DNA of 64,000 bases from a virus, in IMG/VR virus record IMGVR_UViG_3300027518_000006; one strand, written 5' to 3'. The position numbers and the translations under genes are program-made. Each line of letters starts with the position of its first letter. The stretch's first letter is position 1. This document shows, in pieces, positions 58,244-64,000 of the stretch. Below the pieces are notes generated by a model. It was not told the origin of the DNA. It saw only the letters and a program-made list of their open reading frames with translations, and did not search any database.

Positions 58244-60187
58244 TTATTTTGAAATATCAACTATTTCGCAAACTCCAGCAACGCAAGATAACTCTTGACT
58301 GCCTGTTGTTCCATCTTCTGTTTCATAAATAGTCATCATATCCCAACGAATTGATTCTGGCATTTTCTTTACTGCCTCTTCATATTCCTCTTTTGTAATT
58401 TCTTGATATGGTGCTTGCTTGTATGAATGCTCTGAGGATGGTAAAAATGATACCCCACCAATTGAATCAAAGTTATCAAATACCCATGCCCCAACTCTCA
58501 TCCATTCGTTCTCGTGGACGTTAATTGTTACACTTGGATTATGTTCTGTCCAGTGTGTTCTGTAAATTTTCCACATTTCTAAATGATCTATTGCTGTTAA
58601 ATCTTTTGTAATAGTGGCATTCTTTGGAGCCTTTTGTGGAAAATAAAATACTGTTGTCTGATCTGGCTTCATAACATCTGCTTCGTATGGAACTCCAGAG
58701 TCTTTTAAGAATTGGGTTAATGGATCTTTGTTATCTCCACGTACGCTTCTAATGTAATATTCTGAATACCATGGATGAATTCCACTTGATACGCCAGTTA
58801 ACTGACTTACTGTTCCAGATGGCTTAACACAAGTAATTGAAACAGATTGATTAATTCCTATTTTTTCTGCTTCTAATTTATTAGATTCAACTGAGTGCTC
58901 TCTTAGTCTAACAAGTAACTCTTTTAATTTATCTCCAGCAGTAGAAGTTAATTTATTTCCATATATACCAGTTAAAGATACTCCTAGTAATCTTTCTTCT
59001 TCACAATTATCTTTCCATGTCTTACGAAGATATTTAAAGTTAGTTAAAGTAGATTGCCAAGTTCCTAGAATTGTGGCAAGTCTAATTTTTTCTAATAATT
59101 CTTTTTCAGTATCATCTGCAGAAATAACAACTTCTGTTAAATTGCAAAACTCATTTGATCTTAGTAAAATTTCTCCACAAGGATTTGTTCCTGATATTTT
59201 GCTTGAGTCTCTACGTCCAAATGAATCAACGTGTTTACGAACACTTTCCATGTTATAAATACCACGTTCTCCAGATTTTGAATCATAAAGGTTTCTCCAC
59301 TCACGAAGGAACTGTGCAGTATTTGGTTTTGAATTATAAACAGCAGAGTTATTTGCTAAGGCACGTTGTCCATTAACTTCCCACCATTGACCATTTTTTG
59401 CTTTTGCCATTTCAAAATCATCTAGGTTAGAAAGACTTATTAGTGCACTTCTTCTAACTCCTCCAACAACAACAACTTCACCAATCTTGCACATAATGTC
59501 ATGTGCTTCAATTGATTTTAGTTTTCTTCCTTTTGCAATTCTAAATGTTTCTACGCAATATTTGAATAAATCATTTAATGGTTCTGGACCAGATGCACGA
59601 CCACCGAAAGTTTTAAGTCTTGCTCCTGCTGGTCTAACTTTTGACATATCCCAGTTTGGAACCTGACCTTGATACAGCAATGCAATAAGTTCTTTAAACG
59701 CTTTTGCCCAACCTAGTTTTGAATCATCAACAACAATAGTTGTTTCTGTTGGATGAAATTCTTCAGATATTAAAGGAAGTTCATTAATGTATTTTTGTTC
59801 AACGCTAAATCCTACTCCTGTACCGTTCATTAAAACATACATCGCTTCATCAAAAGCACGAGGATGGTCTACGGCAATAAAAGAACAGTTGTATGCTGCA
59901 ATGTGATCACGGTCTAAGGCTGGTCCAGCAGTCATCAATGCTCTCATAGAAGGCATAATTTTATGATTAATAATTGCATCTTTAACTTCATCAAATATTT
60001 TATCGTCAGATGAATAGTTGTAATTAACTATCATATGATCTTTCATAAAATTAACATATCTTTCTACCGTTTCTAACCAAGTCTCTCTACGATTTTTATC
60101 TGTTATCCATCTTGCATATCTTGAAATATGAATAAAATTTTTGTATGGATCTGAGATGGATCCGTTTTGGTCAATAAATGACGGCAT
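58244..60187 (-). CDS. nrdJ: Class II (B12-dependent) ribonucleotide reductase
   Basis: YNCSF, GTGVGFS, GTNPCGEI, CNLTE, TCVKPSGTVS, C-terminal C..G.CEIV; probable start MPSF at 60187. Confidence 0.93.
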   Translation of the reverse strand: MPSFIDQNGSISDPYKNFIHISRYARWITDKNRRETWLETVERYVNFMKDHMIVNYNYSSDDKIFDEVKDAIINHKIMPSMRALMTAGPALDRDHIAAYNCSFIAVDHPRAFDEAMYVLMNGTGVGFSVEQKYINELPLISEEFHPTETTIVVDDSKLGWAKAFKELIALLYQGQVPNWDMSKVRPAGARLKTFGGRASGPEPLNDLFKYCVETFRIAKGRKLKSIEAHDIMCKIGEVVVVGGVRRSALISLSNLDDFEMAKAKNGQWWEVNGQRALANNSAVYNSKPNTAQFLREWRNLYDSKSGERGIYNMESVRKHVDSFGRRDSSKISGTNPCGEILLRSNEFCNLTEVVISADDTEKELLEKIRLATILGTWQSTLTNFKYLRKTWKDNCEEERLLGVSLTGIYGNKLTSTAGDKLKELLVRLREHSVESNKLEAEKIGINQSVSITCVKPSGTVSQLTGVSSGIHPWYSEYYIRSVRGDNKDPLTQFLKDSGVPYEADVMKPDQTTVFYFPQKAPKNATITKDLTAIDHLEMWKIYRTHWTEHNPSVTINVHENEWMRVGAWVFDNFDSIGGVSFLPSSEHSYKQAPYQEITKEEYEEAVKKMPESIRWDMMTIYETEDGTTGSQELSCVAGVCEIVDISK

Positions 60188-60230
60188 GAATAAAACACTT
60201 CCTTTGATTTTTTTTAAGAGTAATGATATC

Positions 60231-60259
60231 ATTGTACTAGAGTTTTAAAGAAGGGTCAA
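60231..60259 (-). promoter_or_regulatory. Promoter TTGACC-17-TACAAT for nrdJ
   Basis: -35 at 60254-60259, -10 at 60231-60236. Confidence 0.6.
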
Positions 60260-60260
60260 G

Positions 60261-60494
60261 ATGTTAACTATTCAAGAAGTTCACTTTTACACAAAACTAG
60301 CAAGTGAAGGCAAGGCCAATCCAATAAACTGTCCTTTTAACGAGGACATTATGAATCATGTAATAATATTAAAAGTTAAACAATCAGATGAGGTATATTT
60401 CGATTGCAAGACTTGCGATTCAACGTTCTCTCCAGGAACCAATGCTGAAAGAATTATTAAAAATACTATTGACAAATATAAAAATCAATTATAA
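60261..60494 (+). CDS. Small zinc-binding protein
   Basis: CP...; CKTC. Confidence 0.6.
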   Translation: MLTIQEVHFYTKLASEGKANPINCPFNEDIMNHVIILKVKQSDEVYFDCKTCDSTFSPGTNAERIIKNTIDKYKNQL

Positions 60495-60499
60495 ACTAG

Positions 60500-60630
60500 A
60501 TGGGTGGATAGGGAGGGAATAGATTAAATATAATATATTAAATAATATAAAATATATTAAATACTATCCATATATATACATATATACATACATGACTTAT
60601 ATCACATTTTAAATAAATAATAAAAATCCT
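60500..60630. other. Extremely AT-rich intergenic region, candidate replication origin
   Basis: AATATATTAAATA x2 (60532, 60551), (AT)n tracts, within the only plus-strand island. Confidence 0.4.
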
Positions 60631-60658
60631 TGATTTTTTTAAATCTATGGGTTATACT
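60630..60658 (+). promoter_or_regulatory. Promoter TTGATT-17-TATACT
   Basis: Upstream of AGGAGG SD and ATG at 60694. Confidence 0.6.
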
Positions 60659-60693
60659 AGAATAGTAGAAAAACTTCTTCAAGGAGGTAACTT

Positions 60694-61203
60694 ATGAAGA
60701 AAGTATATTCAGCACTATTGGCTTTTATTTTTATTGGTACTTATATTAATTATGTAGATAGACAGACTCCCTTATATACCGCCGAACCTTTGGTGGCTGT
60801 CTCAAAAGGACAAGCCACCTATAGTCCTTTAAAGGGGGTAATTACTGCAAGAGAATCTAACTCAGTTGTTGCTAGTCGTTCTAGGGCACAATTTAATGAT
60901 CCTAAATCTGAATTGGCAATAAAGTCTTACCAACATTATTTAAAAGAAAGTATTCCAGCAAAAGAATTAAGTTGTTATTTTAAACTGGTAGACAGAGAAA
61001 GTAAATGGAATCCTATTGCTCAAAACCCTAAGTCTACTGCTTTTGGTATAGGACAGTTTCTTAACAGTACCTGGGGTCTTGTTGACTCTAAAAAGACTTC
61101 TGATCCATACGCTCAAATTGATGCAATGATTAAATACGTTAATTTGATTTATGGTGATGGATGTAAAGCCTTAGATTTTAGATTATATAAAGGCTGGTAT
61201 TAA
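60694..61203 (+). CDS. Exported lytic transglycosylase (SLT / Rpf-like)
   Basis: N-terminal TM/signal; RESKWNP.AQNP.STAFGIGQFL, DPYAQI...IKY....YG. Confidence 0.85.
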   Translation: MKKVYSALLAFIFIGTYINYVDRQTPLYTAEPLVAVSKGQATYSPLKGVITARESNSVVASRSRAQFNDPKSELAIKSYQHYLKESIPAKELSCYFKLVDRESKWNPIAQNPKSTAFGIGQFLNSTWGLVDSKKTSDPYAQIDAMIKYVNLIYGDGCKALDFRLYKGWY

Positions 61204-61718
61204 GACTTCTTTTTAAATATTAAAGAAGCATTGCTAGTAGAGTTTTGATTAAAGGCTCTATCATAATATGTTTTATCTTTACTTGCTTTATTAGTAGGTT
61301 CTGATTGATGCTTTAATATTTCTTCATATTCAGGATTATAATATTTAATTATTGCTTCCCCGATTATATTTCCATACTGAACTTCATCTATAGGATCATT
61401 GGGTCTTCCTACTTTTATTACTAGGGTAGAAAACTCCTTTTCTCCTGCAATCTTTTTAGGATACCCTGCTTCAATTAAAACTGATCTAAAGGAGTTAGCA
61501 ATAGATGTTCCAAGGCCTATCAGAGCCTCGTTTTGGTCAAAAATAGCCATCGTAGGAACCTTACTGCCTAAAGATGTATCCCTACATATTTCTAGGGTTA
61601 AATCTGCTTGATTTTGAAATAAGGCTTTTCTATGCCCACTATTTTTTTTAAGAAAATTTTCCAGGGTAGTTGTAAGTAAATCTAAACCATCTAAAGGTTG
61701 AATAAATATCTTAGCCAT
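61200..61718 (-). CDS. Degenerate amidase_3-like protein (tentative)
   Basis: KIFIQP, ADLTLEI, GNIIGEAI echo the amidase_3 scaffold but the Zn-binding His residues are absent. Confidence 0.35.
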   Translation of the reverse strand: MAKIFIQPLDGLDLLTTTLENFLKKNSGHRKALFQNQADLTLEICRDTSLGSKVPTMAIFDQNEALIGLGTSIANSFRSVLIEAGYPKKIAGEKEFSTLVIKVGRPNDPIDEVQYGNIIGEAIIKYYNPEYEEILKHQSEPTNKASKDKTYYDRAFNQNSTSNASLIFKKKS

Positions 61719-61724
61719 ATATTA

Positions 61725-61730
61725 ATTATA
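61725..61730 (-). promoter_or_regulatory. -10 box, leaderless start
   Basis: TATAAT-taatat-ATG(61718). Confidence 0.5.
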
Positions 61731-62814
61731 ACGCAAGAATATCATCAAAGACTTTTTCCCAGTCTTTTGCTCTTACTTCCATACTAAATTTTTCTTGTAC
61801 AATTTTTTTATTTTGTTCTCTTTCTTTCTTTCTTACCTTTGGATCTAATAATTCTTCTGCGTGTTGTATCCACTCGTTAGCATTGGTTGCTATTCTTCCT
61901 ACGCCTTGCTCAGCAAGATATGAATACTCTGGGGAGTCACTTGCTATAAACGGTATTCCTGCAGCGCTATATTCAAGGCCTTTAATAAAAGACTTAGCAT
62001 CATTAAAGTCTAATTTATTTAAAGGAACTATTCCTATATCTATTTTTCTAAATAATTCTGGATATGTCATAATAGGTTTCATAGGTTCGTGAGTAAATAT
62101 GCTTTTATCTATACCGATTTGTTTGGCTACTGTAGGAGCATTAACTATGCTGCCAGAATGATGAAATCTACAGTGTTGATTTTTTATAAACTCACCAAAG
62201 AATGGGTTAAGTTTTTCTAAGTCACCACTACGCCAAGGTGTTGCTCCAACCCAACCAAAGGTAGGAAGATGACCAGAGTGATCATTTCTAGGTTTCCATC
62301 TATCTAAATCAATTCCATTACGAACTAAAAATACTGGCTTATTGGGATACTTTTTTTGATAAAACTCTTGAAGAAATGGGGTAGAAGTAATTAAAGCACT
62401 ACTTAATTCTATAATCTTAAAGTAATGTTCTCTATTATTCTTAGGATTCTTTTCAGGACTAGTCATTTGATATGCCATATTAGATTTAGCAAGTCCTTCC
62501 ATATGATCATCTAGATCTACTACTACCTTTTGTCCCATTGCTATTGCTTTTTCAGTTTGCTCTATAAAATTTTCAAGCATAATAAGTTTTAAAACTACAA
62601 TGTCCCAACCATGAACAGCCTTTTGATCAGGTATTAATATTCCATATCCGTGTTTAGGAGAAAATCCTGGCATACCCATGCCAGACTCATATTTATCTTT
62701 TTTAAGTTGGTGCATTGGAAGGTAACATCTATACCAAGCACATCCGTTAGGTTGAATAGGGTTTAAACCAAAAGACCAGTCGTAGGTTAAAAATCCAATA
62801 GTTGGTCTAGGCAT
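61726..62814 (-). CDS. GT-B fold glycosyltransferase (GT4-like)
   Basis: WYRCYLP, VDLDD, NGID, GWVGA, DIGIVPL...FNDAKS.IKGLEYSAAGIPFIAS. Confidence 0.85.
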   Translation of the reverse strand: MPRPTIGFLTYDWSFGLNPIQPNGCAWYRCYLPMHQLKKDKYESGMGMPGFSPKHGYGILIPDQKAVHGWDIVVLKLIMLENFIEQTEKAIAMGQKVVVDLDDHMEGLAKSNMAYQMTSPEKNPKNNREHYFKIIELSSALITSTPFLQEFYQKKYPNKPVFLVRNGIDLDRWKPRNDHSGHLPTFGWVGATPWRSGDLEKLNPFFGEFIKNQHCRFHHSGSIVNAPTVAKQIGIDKSIFTHEPMKPIMTYPELFRKIDIGIVPLNKLDFNDAKSFIKGLEYSAAGIPFIASDSPEYSYLAEQGVGRIATNANEWIQHAEELLDPKVRKKEREQNKKIVQEKFSMEVRAKDWEKVFDDILAL

Positions 62815-63083
62815 TACATACTTTCTTGTTGTAATTTGGGTGGATAAAACTTATCATCTTTATATGTCCAGCCAATATGAGGTCCATTCATAAATAAATC
62901 ATGGTTTTTTACTTCTACCACTGTTGGATTACTTTGTAAAATTGAAGCCATTCTTTCATCACATATAAAGGTTTGAACAACTTCGTTGTCAATTATAAAT
63001 GCTAGAGATATTTGTCCATCATATATTTCTTTTGTAGATACTTGATTACTTTGAGTATCTTTTTTTCTTTTTACTAATGGCAT
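62814..63083 (-). CDS. Hypothetical protein
   Basis: LAFIIDNEVV..., IGWTY. Confidence 0.55.
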   Translation of the reverse strand: MPLVKRKKDTQSNQVSTKEIYDGQISLAFIIDNEVVQTFICDERMASILQSNPTVVEVKNHDLFMNGPHIGWTYKDDKFYPPKLQQESM

Positions 63084-63084
63084 A

Positions 63085-63321
63085 CTACCACTTTCCTATA
63101 GGACATGTAGCGTGTGGTAATTTAACCTTCATATCCATAAAACATCCACACTCTTTACATTGATTTGTTAACTTAATTAGTCTATCACAACCCAAGCAAA
63201 TATTCAAGCGTTTACTCGACTCTTTTTCAGATATTTTTTCTATTTTAGGATTAATCATATCCCATGGCCTAACAGTATCGCCGTTACTTTTTTCTTTCCA
63301 TAGATCCCACTTACTGCTCAT
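63085..63321 (-). CDS. Cys-rich small protein (DUF6171-like)
   Basis: R..IC..C ... QCKECGCF...K......CP.GKW. Confidence 0.7.
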   Translation of the reverse strand: MSSKWDLWKEKSNGDTVRPWDMINPKIEKISEKESSKRLNICLGCDRLIKLTNQCKECGCFMDMKVKLPHATCPIGKW

Positions 63322-64000
63322 TATGAACCAACTATAGATATATCTTGAACTAAAGAAGATTGTTGATAGTCGCTTCCAGGGGTAAAAATAACTCCAGATT
63401 TGTACCCTTTATTTGGATTTGAAGCGGTATAGGAAATACTACTTCCATAAAAATTATTACTATCATCTCTAGCACTTACTGTTATTACGTTGTCAGAAGT
63501 AGATATTCTTATACCATTTATATTATCACTAGAACTGACGGTGGCAGGAGAATATTCATTAGAATCACTAGCAGTACTTCTTAATAATAAATTTGTAATA
63601 TCTGATACAGTACCATTTACTGAGGATATTAATTTTATATAAAAATTATATCTTGTTCTTGTTCCATAGGTATAACGGCTGCTACAATCTTCGCATCCCC
63701 ATTCAAAACCATTGTCATCTATTCCATAACAAAAGCCACGATCAACACATACTTCTGTAATACCGTTAATATATCCTTCAGACCCAACTGTATAAAAAGT
63801 TACCCCAGCCCACCAATTACTTGAATCTTGAAGCCAAAAAACTATTCCAGGACCCGCTGAAGTTAAAGACATTGTTGCAGTAATATTCTGAGATTTTAAA
63901 TCAAAACTTGTTAAAATTGGATATGAACTAGAAGAAGTTGAGGTTGATAAAGTGTCCCCATCGGTACTCCAAGTACCATTTATAGGATCCCAACCATTTA
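63321..64000 (-). CDS. 3' part of a Ser/Thr-rich beta protein, truncated by window edge
   Basis: Frame stays open from 63872 to 64000 (NGWDPINGTWSTDG...). Confidence 0.65.
   Translation of the reverse strand, partial: NGWDPINGTWSTDGDTLSTSTSSSSYPILTSFDLKSQNITATMSLTSAGPGIVFWLQDSSNWWAGVTFYTVGSEGYINGITEVCVDRGFCYGIDDNGFEWGCEDCSSRYTYGTRTRYNFYIKLISSVNGTVSDITNLLLRSTASDSNEYSPATVSSSDNINGIRISTSDNVITVSARDDSNNFYGSSISYTASNPNKGYKSGVIFTPGSDYQQSSLVQDISIVGS

Noticed and set aside
60188-60232. Track start of nrdJ at 60232
   Set aside because: That codon overlaps the -10 box; the ATG at 60187 has an AAGGAAG SD
1-64000. tRNA genes, stop-codon reassignment, integrase, DGR
   Set aside because: Gaps are short and explained by promoters, terminators or small ORFs; no cloverleaf was recognised; genes tile fully in code 11; no RT or integrase motif (tRNAscan-SE not run)

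Overview
AT-rich 64-kb segment of a large tailed dsDNA phage (siphovirus-like, long tape measure), probably infecting an Actinobacterium: it carries WhiB, an actinobacterial-type FtsZ and SSB, and repeated leaderless TATAAT-N6-ATG starts. Nearly all genes are on the minus strand; only two genes at 60.2-61.2 kb are on plus, flanking an AT-rich gap. Modules from left to right: (1) a sugar-modification operon (2 glycosyltransferases, 2 methyltransferases, GDPD-like, HAD-nucleotidyltransferase fusion) headed by a thermonuclease and a tail-less FtsZ; (2) small accessory, membrane and surface genes, M23 peptidase, SSB, WhiB; (3) terminase, RuvC, Cas4-like exonuclease, RecA, DnaE, SSB, primase, DnaB; (4) tail and head genes (beta-helix tail spike, hub, Dit, 2637-aa TMP, frameshifted chaperone, tail tube, neck, HK97-type capsid, protease/scaffold, portal, 1202-aa structural protein); (5) class II RNR, SLT transglycosylase, degenerate amidase-like protein, GT-B. 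Top leads: a complete-core, tail-less phage FtsZ; a Ser-Ala-Ser motif strongly enriched in virion proteins together with a phage glycan-building operon (candidate virion glycosylation system); and variable cassettes bracketed by repeated motifs inside the tape measure. No tRNA, CRISPR array, intein or integrase was recognised. All family assignments come from motif recognition by eye, not from database searches.
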